A stretch of 64,000 bases of DNA, taken from positions 34,720,001-34,784,000 of the forward strand of contig OZ024747.1 of the NCBI GenBank assembly GCA_964016885.1, read 5' to 3'. This document shows, piece by piece, positions 27,735 to 40,393 of the stretch. The notes under the pieces are model-generated. The model was not told where the DNA came from. It saw only the letters and a list, made by a program, of their open reading frames with translations, and ran no database searches. Position 1 is the first letter of the stretch. Each line of letters starts with the position of its first letter. The translations under genes were made by a program, and so were the position numbers. The DNA comes from Eledone cirrhosa. Its lineage: Eukaryota.

Positions 27735-28274
27735 GGTGTGTGTGTGTGTGTGTGTGCGTGTGCGTGCGTGTGTGTTTGTGTGTGTGTGTGTACGTGTGTG
27801 TGTGTGTGCGTGTGTGTGTGTGTGTTTGTGTGTGTGTGTCTGTGTGTGTGTGCTTGTGTGTTTGTGTGTGTATGTGTGTATATATACCAAGTTTGCAAAA
27901 GTCACTGATGTTATTTCAGCGATCTCCGTTCAGAACTGATTCATAACCGATAGAATCAATAATGTTGCAGTTGTGAAACTGCGTCTCGGTGCTCAGGGTG
28001 CACACATATTAGAAATATAGGAGAGCATTATAATGTATATAAAAATAGATTAAAAACGTTTCCCACATATGCCCTGGTACTTTAATGTCTCAAGGTTTCT
28101 GTTATATAGGCACATTTATTATTAGAATACTAGATTATGTTTTTGTTTGTTTTCGTGATTATCTAATTTATATGAGCGTGCAGTTTGACGTTAAATGAAA
28201 TACGAGATGAACTAACTAACATAGATAATGAAATAAGCAATTACTCAGCATAATCTCCACAAGAATAATTGTAT

Positions 28275-28378
28275 ATAATTATTTCTACTTTTGACACAAG
28301 GCCAGCAATTATCCCAGTTTATTACTGGTACTTTATTTTATGAGCCCGTAGGGATGAAAGGCAAAGTTAACCTCGACG
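28275..28378 (-). mobile_element. SINE fragment (family also at ~42040-42200, 42565-42722 and 56125-56235)
   Basis: Shared ACAAGGCCAGCAATT...ACTGGTACTTTATTTTAT...GATGAAAGGCAAAGTTAACCTCG core. Confidence 0.65.
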
Positions 28379-28399
28379 CGATAAACAATTATATTATAT

Positions 28400-29054
28400 A
28401 GCTAACAAGCTAACAATTATATTATATAGCTAACAAGCTTGAAACTAGTAAACCATTCCTTTGTCAGTGTTGAACAAACGAGCAACGGTCGTTGCTAGAC
28501 ACTACGGCTTAATACGGGATGTTTGTTCACAAACACACCGAGCATTATAATAAATGTTTGGTGAATCCATACGTACATATATATATATGTGTGCATGTAT
28601 GTATATATATAAATACTACTGTACGTCTGTATACATATATGTATGTACGTGTACATACTTATATTTAAGTAACAGCCGTACTAAGAGTGGGAAATGAAAT
28701 TTCGTTTCATTTTTTTCCGTCTATCGTGTTCGGTGCATCCGGCCGATTAACCCACTCGATATGCAAGTTGGGCTACTCAGCCGTTAATATGCATAAGGAA
28801 AGTATATACTTTCGGACGTTCAACTATTTGGCAGGAAGGTATACGTTGCTGACGATAGCTAATAAGCTTGAAACTAGTACAGCGTTCCTTTGTCGGTGAA
28901 TCCATACGTACATATATATATATGTGTGCATGTATGTATATATATATACATACTGCTGTACGTCTGTATACATATATGTATGTACGTGTACATACTTATA
29001 TTTAAGTAACAGCCGTACTAAGAGTGGGAAATGAAATTTCGTTTAATTTTTTCC

Positions 29055-29057
<3 letters not shown>
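28400..29057 (+). mobile_element. HHR repeat family B, ~1.5 diverged tandem units
   Basis: Homologous to 37671-38653. Full HHR at 28843-28885 and a truncated one at ~28428-28450. Ends in (TA)n. Confidence 0.8.
28843..28885 (+). ncRNA. minimal type I hammerhead ribozyme (family B)
   Basis: ACGUUG-CUGACGA-U-AGCU-AAUA-AGCU-U-GAAA-CUAG-UA-CAGCGU. Confidence 0.85.
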
Positions 29058-29116
<59 letters not shown>

Positions 29117-29564
29117 CCACATACATACATATATATATATACATACATTTCTATTTAAGTGTGTCAGGATGTAAATATGATATATGTCTTCTTTATTTGG
29201 TAAGGAGAAAACTTTTGTCGCCAGATTTTCTTTCCTAGGGAGATTAAATACCACACCTCTGCCTGAAGGTTGACCGGGTTCTCAACCTCATCAATAACTA
29301 ACGCCGGCCTGTGTGTCTATATATGTGTGTGTGTGTATGTATGTATGTATGTATGTGTGTGTATGTTCACCACCATTGCTTCTTCTTGTCATTTCTGTTG
29401 AAGGTGTCCTCACTGTCATTCTCTTTGATTTCTTTTCACTTTCTTTTATCTCCCTAGGGAATTCGTTGACAAGCTTCTTTTATTTATTTTCTTTGTTTTC
29501 TTCATTCAAATCACTGACTGTCTAAGAGACGTACAAATATGACATATAAAACTTACCAAACTAA

Positions 29565-29745
29565 AGGGGCTTCTAGCCCCCTCAACGTCTCAATCGCCCC
29601 CTTACTGCATAACGCCCTCTTAACGCCCCTTACCTCATATCGCCCCCCTAACGCCCCCTTACTGCATAACGCCCCGCAGTAGCTACGACCCATCCGGTGG
29701 GGGGGGGGGGAGGATTTGCCCCCCGTTGAGAACCTTTAGCCTAGA
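29565..29745. mobile_element. GC-rich remnant with short CGCCCC repeats and a hAT/Charlie-like terminus
   Basis: Repeated AACGCCCCCTTACTGCAT and terminal CCCCCCGTTGAGAACC. The partner TIR is not convincingly identified. Confidence 0.4.
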
Positions 29746-32700
29746 GCTAAATATATTTGCTTGTAATTTATTCTATCTAAATATGATAAAATGTAGAATT
29801 CTTAAAATTTGCTGACAATTTATATCGGAAATCCTTAGTTCATTCATTTTCAAAAATAAACAAAATTACGCTGAGATGTCTTTCAAATTTTCTATGTATG
29901 GAAACGTACAAAGACTAATAAAATATGGGCACAGAAAGTCGAACGAAAAATTAGCCCAAAGTAAAAAGGGCAGTGACACGCATGGTTGAAATTGGAAAAG
30001 AACAGTGTAAGCATTTTGGAATATTTTGTGAGTAATGTAGGCTAGAGTCCATGTTGTCAGTTGTAAAGCAATGTGAAGAGTGGTAAACGTTCGTAGCGAG
30101 AGGCAGGTTGTTCAAATTGGATCACACAAAACAATTAGGTCGAACTGAAGCTTGGTTAAATAGCACTCGTTCAATATGCCACGCAGTAGAATCGCGAGAG
30201 AAGCTTTATAATTCAAAATGGGTTTTTTAGTCATTCAGCCATACTATATCTTAAGCGAGATGTGTGTGTATGCACATCCACAGAAATTAATTGTGTTTAA
30301 TTTTAGAATAAAACATTATTGATTTAGATGAAAGTTTCAGTGACTTCGCCAATTTCTTTGTGTCGAATAAACAAATTGGTGTCGAAATAACATCAGCAAG
30401 AAATCCAAGTAATATCGCATTACGAGTGAAATTTTCACATCGGTAGAACACATAAGTTGGTTTGCTGCAGTCCGAAATAGAATGAGTTAGTATTTGGCTT
30501 AATGAAAGTCTCTAACGAAAAATGTTATTGTCATAAGTTTCACTGTGAAATGAATGAATGCAAGAATAAATATATAAATAAATGTATAGACGAATACATA
30601 AATAATAGCGTTTTAATTGTCTCATATAAACATATTCGTTCTCCAGCAAATATGTAAACATTGTTACCATTAGCTCATTGCTGCATATTTAGAGGGAACC
30701 ATTGACAACCAGTCTGCATTTTAATTATACATAAAGTCTTTGGTTAGCTTCGGAAAACATTCTACTTTCTTAACATGTAAAATGAAATTTTGTTTCAGGT
30801 AGGAGGCCGAGTGCAGATTTTACGTTCGTCTTCATGAGAGTGTCTATATTTTGAAAGCCAAATACAAAACAGAAAAAAGACATCATTTTCCCATTATTAG
30901 ACCTTTCTATTTCTCAATGCTTATATGTTGTAGAATGTATAGCGATATGTATAGTAATACTTTCGTAAATAGACAGAGTATTTTTTATGACCAATAATAC
31001 AAGAAGCTTTATTCAATCCTAGGTTATGAGAGTAATAGATATAACATAATTTGTGAGACATTACTATATTTCCTTGCCAAAGCTGACCAAATGCTTGCCA
31101 GGTAAGTGGAACAAAAATATCTCTAACTGTTAAAAGCATATTGCTATATTTTTGTGTACAGTAACACATAATTCTTTATTTAATAATGGGATAAACTAAT
31201 GCATGTTTGTGCAGTGCAGCTTACATTCAGTAAATATCATGCAATACATTATCCGACAAAGAATTGACGATAACCTACTAAACAAATATAATCAATGAAA
31301 CCATTCATAATAATTCCCCCATAAGGTCAGTGGTAATTCGAGGTGGGAAGCCAAAATATATTATTGATCTGAAGTAACAAAAGGCTTAAGATTCCACTGA
31401 GCCAGTCAAATGTTGCGCAGTACAAAAAAGCATAAGTGCTTACACATGATTTGTGAGATTTCTACAGCATGATGTTATTAACAAATCCACATAATAAAAG
31501 CCTCATATAAATTTCTTTAAATATTAATATGTTGTGAACAGCTCAATAATGTTCATACAACTTGTGAGATATATCCAGGATAAACTATTTATTCTTAGAA
31601 AACATTTATTTATTGGTGAGAAAATAAAAAAAATAAACGTAGACGTGTTAAAGAGAGTATCGCAGCTACTTTATAGTTAGATTATATTTTTAAAATGACC
31701 CATTTTCATTCATATATACTTGGTTTTTGAGAATCTTTCTGGTGTGTGGTAAATTAATGGATAACATATGTTTGTTACTTTACATGCTTTCCTTTGTATC
31801 CAGTCACTATTTCAGTCCATAGAATATTTGTTTGCCAAATTGGATCCATTTAATTGTGCAGATAGTCATTCGTGTAGACACTCTCATAATACAAGAAATA
31901 CATGCAACCTGCCAAACTTTGAAGCCGAGGTCTGCCTAGCCCAGATAATTTTATCCCTTTCATTATTATTTAAAAATTTAGACAAGGCTTTCATGAAGGT
32001 AGAGATTTATTTCAAAATTAGTCCTGTATATATTAATACTCTGGAATAAAGCCAGTGTTCTGTAGCATTCTAATAATTAGGAAGAGCTCTGAAAAATCCT
32101 GCATAGTATGTAGTAAATATTCATGAATCAACTTAACTTGTAAAATTAACACATAGTTTCGGCACTTAAATCGTGGAAGGAAGCAGGAATTATCAAGATT
32201 AAATTATATGCCAAATTCAAAGCATATAATCATGATATCGTTTTGACATTATTTAATATTGCATGTTTGAATGTATAGCTGAATATACGCAGACATCCAT
32301 GTACACACATGTGTGTGTATATAAATCTGTATGGATAAATAGACCTATATTTCACATAAAACCGTATATAGTAAAGCAAACCTTGATAGGAACATTGAGA
32401 ATATTCATATTAACAGTTTGAATTATCCATGCATTAGTATTTGTTTCATAAAAGTAAAGTAACAAATGCATATTTTCGCTACAACTTGTAAACAAATACA
32501 TAATACCAACTGTTAATACGAATATTCTGAAATTACATATTAAATTTTGTTCAAATATGTATTGCTTTTTGCGTGCTAATATACTCAGGAACACGAGGTA
32601 GTTCATATTAATCTACATCATTTGTATGAGGGCCGGCTGAAAAGCTCAAAGATTGAAAAGTTCATAGGCTGACCAACATGCTCTCATGATATGAAAAATG

Positions 32701-34645
32701 AGGAGCATTTTTCAACAAAGTCACTGGAAAGAAACAATGCTATTATCAATAAAAAAAAAGTAAAAATTAATACATGCAAGATTTCGCAGATTTAACCTCA
32801 CTCCTTCAAAGTTTGCATATGAATGTTTCAGACTAGCTTCTTACATTTATCATACAAAACCATGCTTCAAACGCATTGAGGGAAATGATGTAAATATAAT
32901 TAATCATGTGAATAGGAAAAATATTTTTTAATGAAGTATAATTACATCCGAACAAACTATAAAATCCTTAACCTTAATGATACTTCTGTTCCGCAATGCA
33001 AGGAATTGCAACCCATATAATTGTTACTTCCTTGTATTTGTACAGTTCCCTCCGCTGCATTAAAAAAATAATAAATGCAATTAACTGTAAAGGAATTTCT
33101 TCTCACGAAGGATATAATTTTACCTCATCACATTCATTTGATTCTTCATATAACTGTACAATCTTCCTGCAGAAGACAACCTTCCAAACATTCTCAATAT
33201 CATCAACTTACATTGCCTTATCAATGAAACATATTAGCATGAAACAAATATTGCATACAAGCTGTTATAAAACCAAACAATAATTACCAAATATTCAAGC
33301 CTATTCTAAGCTGTATCTTTTCATTTGATTTAATCAAGTTAAATGTTTGTGTTCTCTTCTACGTTCCTTTATAATTTTCTTATTACGGAATGTCTTCCTT
33401 TCGTCTCACCACAATAAAATAAAAAGCCATTCAACAGTAACTGTTTTTAAATATGACAAATAAGCATACAATAGCTTAAATGGAATGGGGCTGCCTCTCG
33501 TATTACAAACTAGATAAAGCGAATGGTTGCACAAACATTCACGGGAAATGAATACAAACAGAAAATATCGTCGCCAAAAAGTGATACATGCGTAACGATC
33601 AGTGCAATTGTCCAGAATTGAGTATGTATTCAACAAGATTATATAAAGTACGCACACACACAGATATATATATGCTGCAGATTTTAAAGCAAGTCTTATT
33701 CTTTTGTTGTGATGATATAACATTGTCTACAAAATATATACAGGATTTTTTTCTCTATTCCTTATTTAATTCCGTGCATTATTATCTGCCGGCTTAGAAG
33801 TATATGTTTTCTTCTTATATATCTCTAAGGTTGAGGAGGATAGGCAGTGTTATGTTGAATAATATTCAACTTAACATCTGCAATGGAGTTTTATCAAAAC
33901 AAATGTTCTCATTAGAATTTTGAAATTCGTGTTTATAGGTACCAACATATATCCCTTCTGCCTTCTTCACATTGAGATATTGTTCTGTCATCACATTTGC
34001 ATAGATTTTTGTTTATGGATATCTGGATATCTTGCTTACGAAATGCTTTGCCTAAAAAAATCACTATTTACGTGTTTCAAAGTTGGATTGAGTACATTGT
34101 ATAAATGAAATATGTAAAAATCTGATTTAGTATTTTATTCAACAGCTTATACTATTTCAACTAAATTAAAGCTCCTAAACATTTATTCTAACAGATTTTC
34201 AATGTTCATTTTCCTTCTATGATTTAAATTAAGGATTCAGGCTAATTTCGTTTCTTTCTAAGATTTCCATATCTCCTTTGCCTATAATGTCTGTATCTAT
34301 TGCGCGATATACCTTAGTTGATACTGAAACTTGTATTTGATGTAAAATGATATATATTTAAACAATTAAGTTAAAGTGTACATCTACATATGTATACGGA
34401 AGTATTAGTATGCATATAAATACACACATGTATACATATGTACATGTACTCAGCTTTTCACTAGACACTTTACAGTGAGTGTCAGCTAGTCTGTATGTAA
34501 CCACACAGGCGGACCGGGTTTTAATTGCAACCCATATAATTGTTACTTCCTTGTATTTGTACAGTTCCCTCCGCTGCATTAAAAAAATAATAACTTCGGC
34601 GGACCGAAATTTAATTTCGTTTCGTTATTTGTTTTGATACATATT

Positions 34646-34701
<56 letters not shown>

Positions 34702-34945
34702 CGTTTATGTCTGTGTGTGTGTATATGTATGTGGTTGACGTTCAAGAGAATAGCATACTCAATATCAATGTTGAGTTTAAATATTCATTTTATTAATGCG
34801 AAATGGTGTGTCTTTTTAAATTTTAATCCGGAGTTTCGCTTGAATATATATACAGTAAAATCGGATGCCGAGGTGGCATCGGATTTCGATTCCTCAACGT
34901 GAAATAACATACGAATTGGTTCGGAAGACTGGTGGTAGAATGTAC

Positions 34946-35176
34946 CTTGAATTGAATAGACCAACCAAGCCACACAATGTGTCATGCTTATTCTCCCGGA
35001 GATTTATGTTAAGGGTACATGTGTCTATGGAATCCCCAGCCACATGCAAATTTATTTCACGAGCTGACTCTCCCGTTAATCGAACAGCTAGAACACTCTT
35101 CGTCGAAACCAACAGTTTTCCATTCCATGTATCTGTTCAGTGTTGTCTTTTCAGTATTTTTCCTTTTTCCATTATA
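34946..35176 (-). pseudogene. possible decayed exon resembling the C-terminal part of a von Willebrand factor type D domain
   Basis: AG/GT-bounded frame ...DTWNGKLLVSTKSVLAVRLTG...CTLNINLRENKHDTLCGLVGLFNS (compare VWD CGLCGNFN), with one in-frame TGA at 35137-35139. Weak. Confidence 0.22.
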
Positions 35177-37246
35177 CTAATTAATAAAATGTATTTGCAT
35201 GCATCTGTTTTGTTTTACTATTTCATAATATCATTGTTATTCTTAAGTTTAAACAGAATTACAAATATCTAAATATCTTTTTAAAAAATGAATTACAAAC
35301 GCCATTAATTTAATTATAAAATTGCTATTAAGCTAATATGCATTAAAACCTAATATATTTTATGATGTGATGACAGATATTTCCTGTTGTAAAGGAGAAA
35401 TGATATTGTGGAAGATACGATATTAACATAAGTTGTAATTTTCCATTTCGTATCTAACAGCTATTTATTTATTTATTTTAATTTCCAACATATTTATAAT
35501 TCTTTCTATAGATATGAATTGGTATATTAATTTTAATTACCTGTCAAAAAAGGAGAATTTACATCTAATATGTCTGCACATTGCTTGTTTTAAATAATTT
35601 AATTTTAAATGCATGTCTAATGTTTTCGAAATATAAGATTCGCATTCATTTAATTCGATAGAGGAAAATGTTATTCTTTGTCAGATGGATTATCCCCACA
35701 CGAAAATGGAAATTGGTTTAGTAATATTTATAAAATCTCACTCTGAAATTAATATCATGTGTCACTATTATACACAAAGAGAGATGGTCCAATCATCCCG
35801 AAGCCATAACAATGGGAATAGAAACTATGTGTCTAAACAGGTAGGATAACTAGAGCATAGTGAAATATAAAATCCAGCTACGTGTAAAAATTCTGGCCTG
35901 GCTCTAAGTTCTCAGCACAAAGAAAGAATCAAAACACAAATGTATAACATACATCTCAATATTACCAAATTTTAATGAAACTGTTAAATAAGTTGTTATT
36001 TTAATGGAGAAAGAATACTGCCTCACAAGCAATATAGTTTCGTTCTGTATTTCTTTAGGCTCGCTGTAGAACTCAGCCAGAAAATGTATGCTGGACTACG
36101 TCTGTGAGAATATCGTTAGATCCAACAAAAATTTCACTTCGCAATGTTCTCTACACTTGTTTATTTTACAAGCCCATATTCTGTAATTATTCATGGCATG
36201 GCAGCGCCTTGTTTCCTGAATTTCATGTCACATATGAAATGTTTACATAACTTATAGTTTCACCCGAGAGTGATCCCCATGATTTCGTAGCTGGAACTCG
36301 ATAAATAGAAAATTCATATGGCCTTTACTTTTAGTAAAATTGATATACGATTTAAAACGTAAATATTAAAGTCAACAAATAATGGTTTCTTATTCTAAAA
36401 CAACGTATTTGAAATCTAATAACTACTTTGCTTCTCTGCGATAGCGTATGTTTTAAAACAAAATCTTGTTACATGGGTAACATTATCTCGTTAGCTTAGG
36501 AAGGAAATGCTTTCATTATATTTTAGAAACATTTCGTCAATGATTTTACTTACAATAATAAACTTACAGACACATGATTCACAATAAGGTTTCTGAAGGA
36601 GTGATCGTATATTTTGATGAAAGTGTATATCGTAATATATTTGTGAAGTAGGCTGTAAATGCATTTTTTTTTTTTTTTATATTTGGACATGTAATTTACA
36701 ACACGATTTAACATATTGTTTTCGCTATGTATTATCAAAAGAATCATCGGAAAATAATTAGATATTCACGTTAAATACATTTTTTATGTATAATAATATT
36801 GCCAGTTGTTCACTTATAATGTGATATACCATGTCTTTTCATGTTTTCAGTGAAGCTTAGTGCCAATTTACTGGTATTAAACCCAACATACAATATGTAA
36901 TTCAAATGTAGAAACACGATAGAGAAACAATATATTATTTAAAGAATGTTACCGTCTTATTTAGCAGCAAAGAAAGGTTCTGAGATTACTAATGTAACAT
37001 GTTGATTACGCTTCATTGTATTAAGATGAAAGAAGGAAATAATAATCTTTCTGTATTTTTTCCATAATAGAAATATTTCAATCCAGTGAATGACATGTGA
37101 CATCACTAATAGATAAGTCAACGATGTTTATACACTTATATAAATGCATGGCCTGGAATTGTATACCCACATTTAGATACGCACATGTCCACACACAGAC
37201 ATGCATAGACACACACACACACACATACACCTACACACACACACCT

Positions 37247-37299
<53 letters not shown>

Positions 37300-37360
37300 A
37301 ATGTAAGTATGCATGTATACGTACATACATATATGTATACAGACGTACAGTAGCATGCAC

Positions 37361-37391
<31 letters not shown>

Positions 37392-37545
37392 TACATATGC
37401 ATACAGGTACACATACATATATGCACGTATCAGTTTAGCGGCGCTAACGTCGCTTTGTTCGTTTGTAAACAAACTGAACAGCCTGAATTTATGCCATACG
37501 ATGTTAAGGCAACCACGTCACCTTTTTGTTCAACACTGACACAGG

Positions 37546-37590
37546 AACGATGTACTAGTTTCAAGCTTGTTAGCTATCATCAGCACCGTT
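37546..37590 (-). ncRNA. minimal type I hammerhead ribozyme (family B)
   Basis: AACGGUG-CUGAUGA-UAGCU-AACA-AGCUU-GAAA-CUAG-UA-CAUCGUU on the minus strand. Confidence 0.85.
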
Positions 37591-37833
37591 TACCCATCTG
37601 CCAGATAGTTGAACGTTCGAAAGTATATACTTTCCTTATGAAAATTAACGGCTGAGCAGCCTAATTTGCATAAGAGTGAGAAATGAAATTTCGTTTTCAT
37701 TTTGTTTCAATTTATCGTTTTCGGTATGCCTGACCGATTTAACTCACTCAATATGCAAATTAGGCTGCTCAGCCGTTAATTTTCATAAGGAAAGTATATA
37801 CTTTCGAACGTTCAACTATCTGGCAGATGGGTA

Positions 37834-37878
37834 AACGGTGCTGATGATAGCTAACAAGCTTGAAACTAGTACATCGTT
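37834..37878 (+). ncRNA. minimal type I hammerhead ribozyme (family B)
   Basis: AACGGUG-CUGAUGA-UAGCU-AACA-AGCUU-GAAA-CUAG-UA-CAUCGUU. Confidence 0.88.
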
Positions 37879-38032
37879 CCTGTGTCAGTGTTGAACAAAA
37901 AGGTGACGTGGTTGCCTTAACACCGTATGGCATAAATTCAGGCTGTTCAGTTTGTTTACAAACGAACAAAGCGACGTTAGCGCCGCTAAACTGATACGTG
38001 CATATATGTATGTGTACCTGTATGCATATGTA

Positions 38033-38065
<33 letters not shown>

Positions 38066-38305
38066 GTGCATGCTACTGTACGTCTGTATACATATATGTA
38101 TGTACGTATACATGCATACTTACATTTAAGTAAGTGCCATACTAAGAGTGAGAAATGAAATTTCGTTTTCATTTTGTTTCAATTTATCGTTTTCGGTATG
38201 CCTGACCGATTTAACTCACTCAATATGCAAATTAGGCTGCTCAGCCGTTAATTTTCATAAGGAAAGTATATACTTTCGAACGTTCAACTATCTGGCAGAT
38301 GGGTA

Positions 38306-38350
38306 AACGGTGCTGATGATAGCTAACAAGCTTGAAACTAGTACATCGTT
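38306..38350 (+). ncRNA. minimal type I hammerhead ribozyme (family B)
   Basis: Identical motif 472 bp downstream. Confidence 0.88.
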
Positions 38351-38669
38351 CCTGTGTCAGTGTTGAACAAAAAGGTGACGTGGTTGCCTTAACACCGTAT
38401 GGCATAAATTCAGGCTGTTCAGTTTGTTTACAAACGAACAAAGCGACGTTAGCGCCGCTAAACTGATACGTGCATATATGTATGTGTACCTGTATGCATA
38501 TGTATGTATATGTGTATATATATATATATATGTGCATGCTACTGTACGTCTGTATACATATATGTATGTACGTATACATGCATACTTACATTTAAGTAAG
38601 TGCCATACTAAGAGTGAGAAATGAAATTTCGTTTTCATTTTGTTTCAATTTATATATATATATATATAT

Positions 38670-40393
38670 TGGATATGTAGTCCTGATGATTTCTAACGAG
38701 AATGAAACGCGTAGATTACTTCCCTTGCTTTTATCGAGAATCTAATTGTAATACGTGACGTATTCTATTCTATAGCGATTAGGTCTTCAAAATGTTTATT
38801 ATAAACATACAGAATATTTTCGAATATTCTATGTCTATATTCACATATATATCGCTATTTCAGAGCATTTATTCCAATTTCTAATTTCTGCCGGACCGGC
38901 AACCGCTCTTTCAAACCAGTTCCTGTACACAGCTAAGTATTCTATAAGTCTCTAGCTGTGTCATTCTCGATAAAAGCACTGGATATGTAGTCCTGATGAT
39001 TTCTAACGAGAATGAAACGCGTAGATTACTTCCCTTGCTTTTATCGAGAATCTAATTGTAATACGTGACGTATTCTATTCTATAGCGATTAGGTCTTCAA
39101 AATGTTTATTATAAACATACAGAATATTTTCGAATATTCTATGTCTATATTCACATATATATCGCTATTTCAGAGCATTTATTCCAATTTCTAATTTCTG
39201 CCGGACCGGCAACCGCTCTTTCAAACCAGTTCCTGTACACAGCTAAGTATTCTATAAGTCTCTAGCTGTGTCATTCTCGATAAAAGCACTGGATATGTAG
39301 TCCTGATGATTTCTAACGAGAATGAAACGCGTAGATTACTTCCCTTGCTTTTATCGAGAATCTAATTGTAATACGTGACGTATTCTATTCTATAGCGATT
39401 AGGTCTTCAAAATGTTTATTATAAACATACAGAATATTTTCGAATATTCTATGTCTATATTCACATATATATCGCTATTTCAGAGCATTTATTCCAATTT
39501 CTAATTTCTGCCGGACCGGCAACCGCTCTTTCAAACCAGTTCCTGTACACAGCTAAGTATTCTATAAGTCTCTAGCTGTGTCATTCTCGATAAAAGCACT
39601 GGATATGTAGTCCTGATGATTTCTAACGAGAATGAAACGCGTAGATTACTTCCCTTGCTTTTATCGAGAATCTAATTGTAATACGTGACGTATTCTATTC
39701 TATAGCGATTAGGTCTTCAACATGTTTATTATAAACATACAGAATATTTTCGAATATTCTATGTCTATATTCACATATATATCGCTATTTCAGAGCATTT
39801 ATTCCAATTTCTAATTTCTGCCGGACCGGCAACCGCTCTTTCAAACCAGTTCCTGTACACAGCTAAGTATTCTATAAGTCTCTAGCTGTGTCATTCTCGA
39901 TAAAAGCACTGGATATGTAGTCCTGATGATTTCTAACGAGAATGAAACGCGTAGATTACTTCCCTTGCTTTTATCGAGAATCTAATTGTAATACGTGACG
40001 TATTCTATTCTATAGCGATTAGGTCTTCAACATGTTTATTATAAACATACAGAATATTTTCGAATATTCTATGTCTATATTCACATATATATCGCTATTT
40101 CAGAGCATTTATTCCAATTTCTAATTTCTGCCGGACCGGCAACCGCTCTTTCAAACCAGTTCCTGTACACAGCTAAGTATTCTATAAGTCTCTAGCTGTG
40201 TCATTCTCGATAAAAGCACTGGATATGTAGTCCTGATGATTTCTAACGAGAATGAAACGCGTAGATTACTTCCCTTGCTTTTATCGAGAATCTAATTGTA
40301 ATACGTGACGTATTCTATTCTATAGCGATTAGGTCTTCAAAATGTTTATTATAAACATACAGAATATTTTCGAATATTCTATGTCTATATTCA
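38670..40393 (+). mobile_element. retrozyme-like tandem array (family C): ~5.5 units of 310 bp, one hammerhead per unit, flanked by (TA)n
   Basis: GGATATGTAG recurs at 38671, 38981, 39291, 39601, 39911 and 40221. Units are essentially identical (one A/C variant seen). Confidence 0.92.
38677..38719 (+). ncRNA. minimal type I hammerhead ribozyme (family C; repeated at 38987, 39297, 39607, 39917, 40227)
   Basis: GUAGUC-CUGAUGA-UUUCU-AACG-AGAAU-GAAA-CGCG-UA-GAUUAC. Predicted cleavage after 38713. Confidence 0.9.

Larger units (their letters stand above)
37296..38653 (+). mobile_element. HHR repeat family B: inverted arm (37296-37672) plus two tandem units (472 and 466 bp) and a 45-bp partial, in (TA)n
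   Basis: Units start at 37671, 38143 and 38609 and are nearly identical. The inverted arm matches the unit interior. Confidence 0.9.

Noticed and set aside
29267-29290. GGGTTCTCAAC as the left TIR pairing with 29725-29735 (MITE)
   Set aside because: Only about a 10-bp match, no target-site duplication seen, and the motif is also part of a local hairpin (AGGTTGA...TCAACCT).
32625-32720. Mariner-like terminal sequence (GAGGGCCGGCTGAAAAG)
   Set aside because: Short and degenerate, with no partner TIR or transposase.
37769-38579. Repeated 112-114-aa ORFs in family B units
   Set aside because: Their N-termini are microsatellite-derived, they are antisense to the HHR, and they have no recognisable domain.
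38670-40393. CRISPR-like array
   Set aside because: Whole 310-bp units are identical with no unique spacers, no cas genes are present, and the context is eukaryotic.
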